Shown in pieces: positions 1 through 12,006 of a stretch of DNA of 64,000 nt. The DNA is from Chrysemys picta bellii (Eukaryota): assembly GCF_011386835.1 (NCBI RefSeq), contig NC_088796.1, positions 2,790,001 to 2,854,000 of the forward strand. The letters run 5' to 3'. Position 1 is the first letter of the stretch. Every line of letters begins with the position of its first letter. The notes under the pieces are model-generated. The model was not told the DNA's origin. It ran no database searches and worked only from the letters and a program-made list of their open reading frames with translations. Made by a program: the position numbers and the translations under genes.

Positions 1-2279
1 TATGGCCAAACGTGGGAGTCACTCACTTGCGGGTACGCTGCAAGCCAAGCTGCCAGGGCTGGCGTTTGCTGGCTGCTTGTGGCATTTCCAGCCTCGGGCT
101 GTTTGGCCGGAAAGGTGACCCCATTGGGGTCTTGCTCCCACAATGGCAGGGTGACAGGGAGGGCTGCAGGTCAGTGCTGGGGGGCCTCTGCTCCGACAGG
201 CACTTCTCCATCTGCAGAACGAGCGCTGGGCTTGTGCAGCTTCCCTGGGATCAGGCAACTAACTACGCAGAGGCTCCGCTGAGGAACAAGCCCCCCAGCA
301 GTGCGACCAGTAAATGCCAGAGACCGAGCTGGAGCTCTCCCGCTGCACGTCTGAGGAGGCAAAGAGAAAGACCTCCTGGGATGTCAGCACTAAATCCAGG
401 CCCTGCCTCCTGCGGAATGGCGCGTGTGTGCCGGGGGTGGCGCTGCAAGGCAGCCTGCGGTAACAGGCCACAGAGCTCGGCAATGCAGCGTGGAACTCCT
501 TGTGTCCCTAAATAACCCCGACAGCTCTGCTGCACACGTGGGCGGGGACGCTGCCTCGCTTTCATCAAGGGGAAAACATCACCGTTAGCGAATGGGATGT
601 GGAGCGATGCTCCGAGAAGAGCCAACGCTGCTGGGGGTGAAGAACTTAGAGCCTGAGTAGGTGTGCTGCTCGCAGGGGAGGTTCTCACGAACCCCCTCTC
701 CCTCCAGCCCCTGGGAGCAGGGCTCGGAGCAGACACCCACACTGAACCCAGGCGCTAACAGGTGCAGTTGCGTGAGGCCTCCAAGATCTGCTGGCCCTGC
801 CCCTTGGCTTTCGGGGCAGATAAGTGCCCACTCCTACCCTCCAGAGCAAAAGCAGCAAAGAATAGATTTGCTATGTCTAAGGCAGACAACATGGCCTCTC
901 CTCCCTTACCCCTTTCTTTGGGAAAATCTTTCATGCCAATTTCAGACATCACAGTACAAAGCAAAAGGAAGAATCTATATCCCCATTCAGATATTCTTTA
1001 ATGCCATCCGAGGAGGCTGTCACAGACACAAGTGGCTGCAATTCCCCCCGGTCATTAGCGAAGTACCCTTCGCTTCTCCACCCAGGGGAATGCAGGCCCA
1101 GCCGCAGTGCAAGGGCCCACTCTGGCTCCCTTTCGGGGACAGAGGAAAACAAGAGCTCTGATGCCAGCGGCAGCTCACATTCACTGGATCACTTTCGCTT
1201 CTTTGGAAGCAGGCCGAGAATGGGAGCAGTCAGGCTGTGGAGGGCAGGCTCTCCAGTGGCTGGAGAGAGAATGAAAATGAGAGACCCTGGGCTCTATTCC
1301 TGGCTCTGCCCGACACCACAAACCCATCAATCAAACAAGCCGTAAAATGGATACATCCACCCGGTGCTGACAATGCAGCCAAAGGGTCTGCAGGTGCTTT
1401 GCCATGCAGTGTTATTGGAGACCTCTAAAGCGGCCCTAGCAACCTTACTTTTCTGGTTTACACATGATAATCTGGGCCGCCTTTAGGCAGAGAGAGAACC
1501 AAACCAGCCCATGCTCTGAACCCAATCCTGACCAGCCCCAGCGCTCCAGGGTCAGTCACCGAGAGCAGTGAAAAGCAGACAGTCTGTAGCAATGGCTGTG
1601 TCTAGAATGATGCAGTTCAGCAGCTGTCTGCACGTCTGTGATGATGAACGGTGACCTTCCCGGGTTCAGAACTCGCTGCATTCCCGGCGGAGCTTGGCTC
1701 CCTTCTCCAGGCTGAGGGGAGCAGGTTAGTTTCGCTCACTCTTCCCCGCCGTCTGCATGCAGCAGCCGGCGCACTCTGATCCCTTCCTGACAATCCCACC
1801 CCGAAGTCCTCACCACGTCCTTGCCCTGAGTTGCAGAGGTGCAGAGCACCTGGAGCTCCCATTAGCTTCAGCAGGAGCTGGGTGCTCATCACCCCCTCAA
1901 AATCAGGCCATCGTGTGCTTTCAACAAACTGGTTATTAGCAGTTTTAACGAACTCCTCCTTCCTCACCTGAGCTCATGCACCAGCGTCACCAAGTGGAGC
2001 CTGCACAGATCTCACAGGTGTTTGCAAAGAGGTCAAGTCACATTTTAAAAAGTTAAAGTTTGTCTGAAATTTCTGTTACAAGTAACACTTAAGGGTCATA
2101 TATATGGAAAGAAATATAAATAGAAGTGAAATGAAATAGAAACGCTTTGCTTTTTAGACGATACAGCAACAGGGAGCAGAGTCAGAAAACCATTACAAGT
2201 TGGCAGAGGACTCGAGGCCAGGCGGAGTAACCAAAACCACAATCGACTCATTTTAAGATGATTAGATTTTACGCAGATG

Positions 2280-2481
2280 CAGGGCCGGCTCCAGGCACTA
2301 GCTTAACAAGCAGGTGCTTGGGGCGGCCAAGGGAGAGGGGCGGCACCTGCGGCAATTCGGGGGCGGCAGGTCCCTCACTCCCTCTAGGAGCGAAGGACCT
2401 GCCGCTGAACTGCCACCGCCGATCGCGGCTTCTTTTTTTTTTTTTCTGCTTGGGGCGGCAGAAATGCTGGAGCCGGCCCTG
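2280..2481 (+). mobile_element. hAT-type MITE, family A (TIR CAGGGCCGGCTCCAG)
   Basis: 15-bp terminal inverted repeats, 8-bp TSD CGCAGATG/CGCAGACG (7/8), internal poly-T. Confidence 0.85.
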
Positions 2482-5400
2482 CGCAGACGGGAAAGCCAAC
2501 AGAGGAAAACTGACGCACTGATTTCACTATGGCATCTATAAGACTGTTTGAAAAAACTATTCCTCCCCCGCCCAATATCTTGAACTCTTTCCTCATTCAC
2601 GTCAGGCTGTGTCAGTCAATGATTTCAAAGGACTCCGTTTGAATTTGGCCCCAAATTTACGTATTTTAGAATCAGCTTTCGGAGAGCTCAATGGGCCAAG
2701 AGAAGTGCTCCTGGACCATTTCTGTTTAATTCCAAGGGATGTGATTTAAAAGCAGACAGACAGCCTCTCCTGTGCTTGTAGCTCCCACGTGGCACTGCAG
2801 CATCGTGCTAGTGCAGGAGAATCTGGAAGTGTAACCGACATGCTTGTTACACGGCAAAGCATTCAGAAATGCAAGAAAGAAGGCAGCAGACACTACAGTG
2901 GATTTTTAACCTTTCCTTAGTACAGATGGTTCCCACCCCTACTCTAGCCCTTTAACACCAGTGAAACCAGGCAAGAATTAGCGACACTAACTGTGGAAAA
3001 TAATCCCCTCGACTGGATAGGCTGTAGTGGAACGGCCAACCCCCACACTGCCTTCACTGAGACGACAGACAGACAACTGACATCACGCTCCATAACAACT
3101 AGTGCCCAGCACTCTGAAAGGATAGGGACCGCACCGGCAACTTGCCAGGAGCCCACGGGACACCACATTTGCATATAATTCGATGTATGAGAGCAGTTCA
3201 TTTTTATTATGTTTGTGCAGCCCACTGAAATGAGACCCAGCATAGAATGCTCCACCTTAATCCAAGCCCCCAAACTGCACTGCACCCTGGAACCTGTTGT
3301 CTCCACATTAAAGAGGGGGTCCCACATGACATTTGCCCTCATGGATTAAATCTGAGGAAGCTTTGTGGCTGTGCCAAGCTGAAAATGTAGGGATTTACCT
3401 AATTTAACTATGGGCCTTATTCTGCTCCCAGTACAGCCAATGAGGAGTTTTGCCATTGACTTCAAAGGGGACAGGACAAGACAAATAGGGAGGCCACTAA
3501 GGTCTGTGAATGGCAGATGTCACTAAAACTAGGATCTAAGCTGAAGCATTCACAGGGAGGTAAATGTTACGTTTCTGGTGGGGCTAGTTTAACTCAGACT
3601 CGTGAAGTTACCTTCAGGCAGCAATACCACAGCTAAATCCTGGCTCCCCCCAACAGCAGTTTTGCTTCTTCCTCTCTCTGCCTCCCACTGAGCCGCTCAT
3701 GTCATTTTAAGAACGGACAGTTTTCTGCCCCCCATGTGTCTGTGGGGAAGCCCTCTCAGATACACCTCCTGCTGGGCCGCTCCTGTTGGGCCGTACCAGG
3801 TCGCAGCGAGCGCCCAGCGCTGGCTTGCTCGCCGTGGACAGACGCGAGTCACTGGAATGATCAAACCAGAGTTCAATGGTACCTGGACTCAGAGACCAGG
3901 GGAAGTATCTCCCTTCTCCACCCCCCGGTTTGGCCACTGGTTTTCTCATGCAATAGCTACAGAAGATGGTTGTCAAAGTCTGATGGGCCAGCTGATCATG
4001 TCTGACCTGAGGCCTGGGAGGGGCGTATCGGATGAAGAACTGAGAACGTGGCTCTCTGCCAGCTTTAAACTAGAGGGTTTGAATCAGCCCTGTCACAATG
4101 GGGAGGTTTCCCCGATGGGCTGCAGGAGCCCAGGGACGACAGGAGTCTGCCACAATTGCTCCCAACACAGGATGGATCCCACCTCCCACGCAACCACCCA
4201 GGGCAACCCACGAGATACTGAGAACCAACAACTAGTTACGGCTCCGTGATTCCCCGCCCCAGCTCTGATTAGAGCAGGTTAGAAACTAGGGATACTCCCC
4301 ACCCCTCCTTCCCTCTGCAGCAGGGCTGCAAGGAGGGGGGCACAGCAACTAGTGCTGCCCTCTCCAAGCCCGCTGAGGACTCTGGGGTGATTTTCTACCC
4401 CTGTGTTGCAGCACTCAGGTAAAGGGAGCAGAACGGGGCCGATTTTCTGCCTTGAGTATTGATGGTGCCACCCCCCCCATACCCTTAGCAGGAAACATGA
4501 AACCGATGTCAGAAGGACCCACTTAGGTCTGGTGTGCCAGGCATCGTTGTGAGGAAGGCATGGAGGAAGCATCTGAGATACGGCAGGTCTGACTCCATAA
4601 ACAGCGCTGCCTCTCGCAGAGCCATGCACTTCAAGAGTAAACGTCGGTTTCCAGTGTCAATGCAAGTCACCTTGACTCCAGTGTCTCCAACGTACCGTTA
4701 GAAGAGTGTCCCCTAAAACACCCAGCTCTGAATGGTCACAGTGTGGCTGTGAGGTGGCTCTCCATTCAAATGCATGAGGGGAAGTTGCACCCTGGTAGTT
4801 CTATGCTTCCCTCTGATTACAGAGCCCATGAGAAAGTTCCCTCAAGCTTTTAGAAGGGGAGCCATCCTGATTAGTATCCTGATTCAAGGGCACACACTGA
4901 GACGTTTGTACCCAAGATCTGATCCGCTGAGATTTTTTTCTATAAAATGCATTTGCGAACATGGACTAAATCGGTCTTTAAAAAAATCCGCCCACCAAGA
5001 GCTACATGAAAAGACAGACAACCTCTACAATCTGAAGTGAATGGTAAATTGCAGCTGCCAGCAATTTAAATTTTAAATGTACTTGCCAGCTGGGACTTAT
5101 TAACAAGAAGTTAGACAGCAGTACCATCAAACACGCATCTCATGAATGTGGGTTACCCATGTCTTCCTTTCCACTCCTGCCTCACGCGGCCTGTTGCTCT
5201 GGCTCATCGGGTCCCCTCTAAAGTTCCTTGCAAACTCCATGGGCCAGAGACCATAACTTACTTGTTCTGCAAAGCACAAAACTACCTTCATGTGCTGCTT
5301 GAATAAATAATGCAGCACACGCAGCCCGGGAGGGAGAGAAGAGAAGAGTACGGCTGGTATAGGCTCAAGCAAGGCATAGTGAGGACCAGGGTGCCATGCA

Positions 5401-5932
5401 AACTGCCCCCATGCAGCCATGCCAACAAACCTGCAACCTCACTGGGACCAACCCACCTCCCCAGCCACAGTCAGCCTGGTATTTAAGTGCAGAACACGGA
5501 TGTCAAAGTCTGACAAGCTGGGGTGTTTGGGACAACACCAACAGATGGGGCTGACCAGGCAAAAGCCACCGGACTAGTTTCTCTTTTGACCCGAGGCAGG
5601 GTCTGAGCTCTTTTCCAGACACGAACACTCCATACTAAAGGGCAAGCTTGGCACCCAAGCAGGGGGAAAGGGTAATTAGAGCAGTTAAAACAGCCTCAGT
5701 TGGGCCTAGAGACTGAAGTACTGAGGTCTGTAATTCCTGCAGACAGGAACAGATGTTGGCCTGTAAAGCAAAGGGAGAACACTCCACTCTGTAGATCTCT
5801 CTTGCTTTGGCTTATTACACCCTATGTGACCTTCTAATCCCGGGCAAGTTCATCACCCTTCTCATCTGTTCTGTTCAAACTAGCAAACTCATCTCCAAGG
5901 AGCACTGCGGCGGGGAGCTCCCACTGACCCAC

Positions 5933-6531
5933 CTCTTTAAGACTGATCATAGCCGTGTAGACCACGTTTGTGCCGTCTCGCTTGAAATGCGTGTGAGGCT
6001 TGTCCTTGAGAATGAAGACGATATCGGCAGGGATGTTGTCTGGCGTGGCATCTCCTTCTTTGGGAAAGGTGATTTTGGTTCCTTCTTTCCACCCCCTTTT
6101 AATGACAATGTTCAATATCTTATCCTCGGTCCTCGTGGTTCGCCCGTCAGGGTTCAGCCGCCGGCGGGTGATTTTCATCCTTTTGGTAGAGCCGTGGTAG
6201 ATTTCTTCCAGGGAGACCCTGAGCTCGTGGACGATGGGTGGGTCCTGGACCTTCCTTCGTGTGTGGAGAGACTCTGGGTGCCGTCGATGGACTCCGTTGA
6301 TGCCATTGAAGCCGAACCGTCCAAAGGCGTTGAAAGGGTCATCGTCGTCATCGATATCCATATCTTCCTGATCGAAGCCATTGAACGCCCGGGAGCGACT
6401 GCTGGCAAAGAAGATGTCGAAGGGATTGGAGCCGCCGAAGAAAGAAGCAAAGGTAGCGTGCGGGTCTCCGTGGAAGGTGTAGTGGAAAGTGTTGCCGGAG
6501 CCGCCAGAGGAACCGCCTCCAGTTTTGAGCC
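5933..6531 (-). CDS. DNAJB5: DNAJB5 internal coding exon (G/F-rich linker and C-terminal substrate-binding domain)
   Basis: Encodes GLKTGGGSSGGSGNTFHYTFHGDPHATFASFFGGSNPF...QDPPIVHELRVSLEEIYHGSTKRMKITRRRLNPDGR...GWKEGTKITFPKEGD...MISLKE, recognisable DNAJB5/DNAJB1-class sequence. AG acceptor at 6533-6532, donor GTGGGT at 5932-5927. The phase-1 start matches the preceding exon. Confidence 0.97.
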
Positions 6532-6714
6532 CTAGAACACAGCAAGGAAAAGACAACGTTAACATAATCCACGGAAGAAGGCTGTTCTCTTCTAGTCCTG
6601 TGTGAAGCACAGGGAATGCAGACAGAGCGACGGCTGGGCCACCCTGACTAGACTTTTATTGTTTTTTTCTAATACGCAGCATGGGAACCAAAGGTGGAAT
6701 TCAGTCTCCGCACA

Positions 6715-7050
6715 CCGCTGCCCACAGGCACCAGTTCCCAGCCAATGGGAGCTGCGGAATCGGCGCTTGGGGCGGGGGCAGCACGTGGAGACAACCCGTA
6801 ACCCCGGGGCCGAAGGGACATGCCGGCCACTTCCGGGAGTGGCAAGGAACAAGGGTGGGCAGGAAGCCGCCTTAGCCCTGCTGTGCTGCCGGTGGTGGTG
6901 GCGGCGGCCCCCAGGGCCTTTTAAATTGCCGGGAGCAGCAGGCGGGGCCGGGGGAGAGACCCAGTCCCAAACATTGGTGGAGCCGGGTCCCCGGGCCCTG
7001 AATGTTCCTGGAGCACAGGCACCACGGGCCCATATAACTCGCCGCCCCTG
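6715..7050. mobile_element. Fragment of a GC-rich hAT-like non-autonomous element
   Basis: Internal motifs gttcccagccaatgggagctgcgg and gacatgccggccacttccggg, and a terminus ...ataactcgccgcccctg resembling turtle DNA-transposon ends. No left TIR or TSD found. Confidence 0.45.
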
Positions 7051-10000
7051 CATGCAAGGCTCTTAAGCATCATCTTCCCGTGTTCCTTCCTTCTGTACTG
7101 CAGGAAGCAATTCAGTCTCTGTAAATCTGTTAAATTTCACAGCACGGTAACTGTTGGAGTCCAAAGACCATATGGACTAGGCAGCTGATGGCTCTTTGAG
7201 ACTAATTTAGCGACACAAATGAGAAGTCTAAGTTCTGCCAAAGGCAGTGCTGAGTACTCTGTGTGTGTCAGCAGCACATCACCCCTTGAACACCCCGTTC
7301 GTGCTGTGATCTATTGCATCTCCCCAGGCGTCTGAACTGCGCCATGGACTCACGGGCCAGCAGCAGCACACGTAGCAATTTATGAAAGGCTTTGAACTCA
7401 GCGAGCAATTGTTTAGTCAGGGCTAATGATGGGAGGTCAGCATTATACACTAGCTAGCCGCTCCACCACAAACGTGCACGCGAGTGAGACCCACGCTACG
7501 CTCTCAGATGAAAGGGGCCAACATGAGGGCCACAAAGTACTTTGCAAAAAGAGTCAAGGCTCAACAACCGGAGAGGTTAGTATCAGATCTTGTTGATGGC
7601 AGACAAGTGTGAGGGGGGATGATGGATTTTTGTTTTTAAAAAAGACTCGCTTTCCCCTGCTCCGTGACCAGCCCAGGTTGGTGGGTGGAGGGACGCTCAG
7701 GAGCAGAACCCAGAGATACAGCAAATAAGTTGGGTGTTTATTTCTTTTGGTAACTAGCAAAAGATCTTCTTCAACCAGGGCTTCTCTCAGGCCCCGCCCG
7801 CTCCTACTTGATTCTGCACAGACACCCTACGTTTAGATCTGTCCACAGCAACCCCCTGGATGTTCCTACACAGCCAGGGTGTGAGGCAGATACACTTTTG
7901 AGAGGGGCTATCTGCAATAAAAAGACAGAGGATCACGAAGGTGCCCAGCAGGTCAGGCAAGGCTGGGGGTAGACTACTTCCAGTGTCCCCTTCACATTGC
8001 CACATGCTTCGGGATGTTGTGTCAAATATTTTTGATTGGAGGGGTCAAGAAGGAGTCTAACCAAGCCCAGCTCGGGGTCTATTTTCAGCTCTCCACTTAC
8101 AAAATAGTGCTATTTCTGAAAAGCTGACGTCCTGTGCCAACCCCTCTAGTCAGAGCCAGCAGCAGGAGACGCAAGCCAGGCAAACGCAGGACAGTCAAAC
8201 TCGCTGTTCTTTTCTGTTGGTCTTGACAGAGGAGTTTGCCCTGGGATGCAGAGGTCTTTTGTTGGCTTGAATACAATACACATAAGCAAAGACTCCTCAT
8301 CTGCCAGCCACACCCCTTAAGCCTCTACAACACTATGCAAAGGGGACTTAGGCTTGGAAGCACATGTCAGACCAGTACATATCCTGAAACTGACCTGCAT
8401 CCAATTTAATTTAGTCTGCAAATATTGTTCTTTTCTTTTGCCCAAGGTCTTGGGGGGGGCGAGGGGTCTGAGCTGTCTGAGCCCCCTTGCCCAGTCCTGC
8501 AAAAGCGTCACAGCAGGTCTCTTCCTACCCATGCTAGCCTGCTGGGCCTGATCTAGCGTCCCAAACCTGGCACAGAACGGAACTGAGGTCCACCCCGAGT
8601 GCTTTCAAGTAGGTGATTAGACAAACACCCCACCTCTCCCCTCCCCACCCCATCAGAACATCTACGTGATCCTCCAGCAACAGCTAATGCTGCATTTGTG
8701 TCACAGCAACACTCAGACATCAGCAGTTTGATTCTGCTGTGGAACGGCGCAGAAGGCACGAGCTAGGCTCACGTGAGCAGAGAGAGGCTGTCTCTGTGCA
8801 CGAGAAGGTACTGGCAACCACCAGCGGGGCACACCGAGACTCAGGGCCCCTCTCTAGGTCTGCCTCCCTCCTGGGCACGCTACTGCAAAGGCGCCAAACT
8901 ACCGTTAACCCTTCTCTCCAGGCTTCTGGAAAGGGAGGCGTCCAGTGACCAGCGTGGGTGAGTCTGTCTGTCTATACAAGGCATGTATCTAGCCCCCATC
9001 ACTGCCGTATGGGAGCACCTCACAACCCACTGAGGGGGGCAGGGCTGTCAGCCCTATCGCACAGAGAGGCTAAGGGACTTGCCCAAGGTCACACAGGACG
9101 CCTCCCTTTTCAGAAGTCTTAAGAGATGGGTTAGCGCGTTTGGTGCCGTTACATGGATCCAGGTCTCCCAGTCCCAGAACCCTCCCTCCTGAACCCACCT
9201 TCCTCTCATCCCACGTAAGCTCCCCAAGCAAACTGAATGCAAGGGGTGTGCCGGGCTTGGCCTCTCCTGGGGAGAGGGGTCCGTTTCATTAGTATGGCCA
9301 CGCGACAAGCCCCTTCTTCCTTGGGGGGAAGCGAGTGTCAGTGTTTGATCCCACCCCGGGGTTCACAGCCCCGCGCGAGGGTTCTGAGTCCACGTGTTGC
9401 TTTGTGAACGGTTTGGTTTGGTTCAGAAACAGCTGGTCAGATTCTCCCCTCCACGCCCAAAGAAACAAAGCCATTCATTTCCTCTTGCCTCCCCTCCTGG
9501 CCAGGAGCAGCCACACTTTGCCGGGATGCCACCCGCCAGTCTGAGGTGCCGGCAATGGAAGAACCCTTCACAACTGGCTCTCTTGGACCGAGGCTGCTCA
9601 GACTTTTGACGTGGCCATGTTGACTTAGCTGGCCCTTCCCAACCCACCGAGAGGCGGCACGCTTCGGATTTCATGGTCCGCCACAAAGGGGAGAGATGGG
9701 ACGAGTCTGTGTTGGCACCCAGCAAAGGCTCCTAACAGAGCAGAGCAATGAGAGGCTTGTTTGCACAGCCCATGGCATGCGAGAGTGGTGAAGCCCAGAA
9801 CGTTTCCATTGGCCCTAGTAGTATAAAGGAGGAAGCGGATGGAAATCAGGGGAAAATGCCTATCCCCGTTCCTACTTCCACCCCTTGTCCTAGGGGCTCG
9901 GGTGCAGAAGAGCTGAGGCCTTATTACCCCTAATCCTCAAAGGCCAGTTATTACCTGCTGTGTCATCACCCGCCGGAACTCAGCTGTGCATGTGCGGGAG

Positions 10001-10509
10001 CCACGTGGCGCCGGCTAGAAGAATTCTATCCAGACCACAGTCAAAGAGATGAAACATAGATGAAGGGGAGGGGAGGGAGACTACAGGACAGATCTTAGCT
10101 CCCGAGCGGGGCCGTGGGGAGTCCTTTCTGTCCAGCTCAGCGCCATGAAAGTTCACAGGGTAAGGAGCAGCTGACACCAAGAATAAACTCAAGTTCTCAA
10201 GTACAGTTGGCGTTTGAGCCTCGCAGCTGCAGGGGCAGTGATCTCTGGAGGGTGATTCCACGGGATACGCTGGCAGCCTCAGCGTCCAATGGGAGAAAAT
10301 GAAACTCGCTGCCAACCCCCCTGAATAATGGCAAATTAAAGAATGTGGAACCCAAAAGGTGAGAGGAAGGACCAGACGCTGCCCATACTGTTCCTCCCCT
10401 GATCCCACAGGGACCATCGCCTGCTGGCATGGCCAAGGGCGAAGTCTCAGCGCTAGCACTGTGTATTTATTCTGATTGCTAATCCAGCACTGAAGCAGTG
10501 TGGCACGAG

Positions 10510-11130
10510 TAGGCCCCTACCAAATTCATGGTCCAGTTTGGTCAATTTCAAGGTGAGAGGATTTAAAAAATAATAAACGTCATGATTTCAGCTATTTCAA
10601 TCTGAAATGTCTCGGTGTTGTAATTGTAGGGGTCCTGACCCAAAAAGGAGTTGGGGGCAGGGGGTCACAAGGATATTGTGTGTGTGTGGGGGGGCGGGTT
10701 GCGGTACTGCTACCCTTACTTCTGCGCTGCTGCTGGTGGCGGCGCTGCCTTCAGAGCTGGGCAGCTGGAGAGCGGCGGCTGCTGGTTGGGCAGAGCCTCC
10801 ACCAGCAGCAGCACAGAAGTAAGGATGGCAGGTATGGTATCGCCACCCTTATTTCTGCGCTGCTGCTGGGAGGCGCTGCCTTCAGAGCTGGGCGCCCAGC
10901 TAACAGCCGCTGCTCTCCAGCCACCCAGCTCTGAATTCAGCGCAGAAGTAAGGGTGGCAATACTGCAACCCCCCTAAAATAACCTTGTGACTCCCCTGCA
11001 ACTCCCTTTTGGGTCAGGACGCCCAATTTGAGAAACGCTGGTCTCCCCCGTGAAACGTGTATAGTATCGAGTAAAAGCCCCCAAAAGACCGTAACGCGTT
11101 TTTCATGGCCATGAATGTGGTAGGGCCCTA
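10510..11130. mobile_element. hAT non-autonomous DNA transposon (621 bp)
   Basis: TIRs TAGG(C/G)CCCTACCA.ATTCATGG, perfect 8-bp TSD GGCACGAG, internal repeats of ctgccttcagagctggg. Confidence 0.9.
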
Positions 11131-11175
11131 GGCACGAGGAACATGCCCTGGGATGGAGCACTAAGCAGGACTATG

Positions 11176-12006
11176 CCTAGACAAATTAGAGGACTGGGCC
11201 AAAGAAAAACCTGATGAGGTTCAACAAGGACAAGTGCAGAGTCCTGCACTTAGGACGGAAGAATCCCATGCACTGTTACAGACTAGGGACCGAATGGCTA
11301 GGTAGCAGTTCTGCAGAAAAGGACCTAGGGGTCACAGTAGATGAGAAGCTGGATATGAGTCAACAGTGTGCTCTTGTTGCCAAGAAGGCTAACGGCATTT
11401 TGGGCTGTATAAGTAGGGGCATTGCCAGCAGATCGAGGAACGTGATCGTTCCCCTTTATTTGACATTGGTGAGGCCTCATCTGGAGTACTGTGTCCAGTT
11501 TTGGGCCCCACACTACAAGAAGGATGTGGAAATATTGGAAAGAGTCCAGTGGAGGGCAACAAAAATGATTAGGGGTCTGGAGCACATGACTTATGAGGAG
11601 AGGCTGTGGGAACTGGGGTTATTTAGTCTGCAGAAGAGAAGAGTGGGGGGGGGGGGGGATTTGACAGCTGCTTTCAACTACCTGAAGGGGGGTTCCAAAG
11701 AGGATGGAGCTCGGCTGTTCTCAGTGGTGGCAGATGACAGAACAAGGAGCAATGGTCTCAGGTTGCAGTGGGGGAGGTCTAGATTGGATATTAGGAAACA
11801 CTATGTCACTAGGAGAGGGTGGTGAAGCACTGGAATGGGAGCCCCAGGGAGATGGTGGAATCTCCTTCCTTAGAGGTTTTTCAGGTCAGGCTTGACAAAG
11901 CCCTGGCTGGGATGATTTAGTTGGGGATTGGTCCTGCTTTGAGCAGGGGGTTGGACTAGATGACCTCCTGAGGTCCCTTCCACCCCTGCTGTTCTAGGAT
12001 TCTGTG
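11176..12006 (+). mobile_element. CR1 LINE, 5'-truncated 3' end
   Basis: ORF2 C-terminus [18 protein letters not shown]...[18 protein letters not shown]...FNYLKGG, with a CR1 3' tail. Confidence 0.95.

Noticed and set aside
12-4629. ORFs of 110-171 aa (12-515, 263-742, 661-1161, 3734-4249)
   Set aside because: No recognisable domain or splice structure. Consistent with chance ORFs in GC-rich intron.
5807-6535. 242-aa plus-strand ORF
   Set aside because: Antisense shadow of the DNAJB5 exon.
5834-6610. The full 258-aa ORF as a complete protein
   Set aside because: Only 5933-6531 is exonic. Both ends run into intron past clear splice sites.
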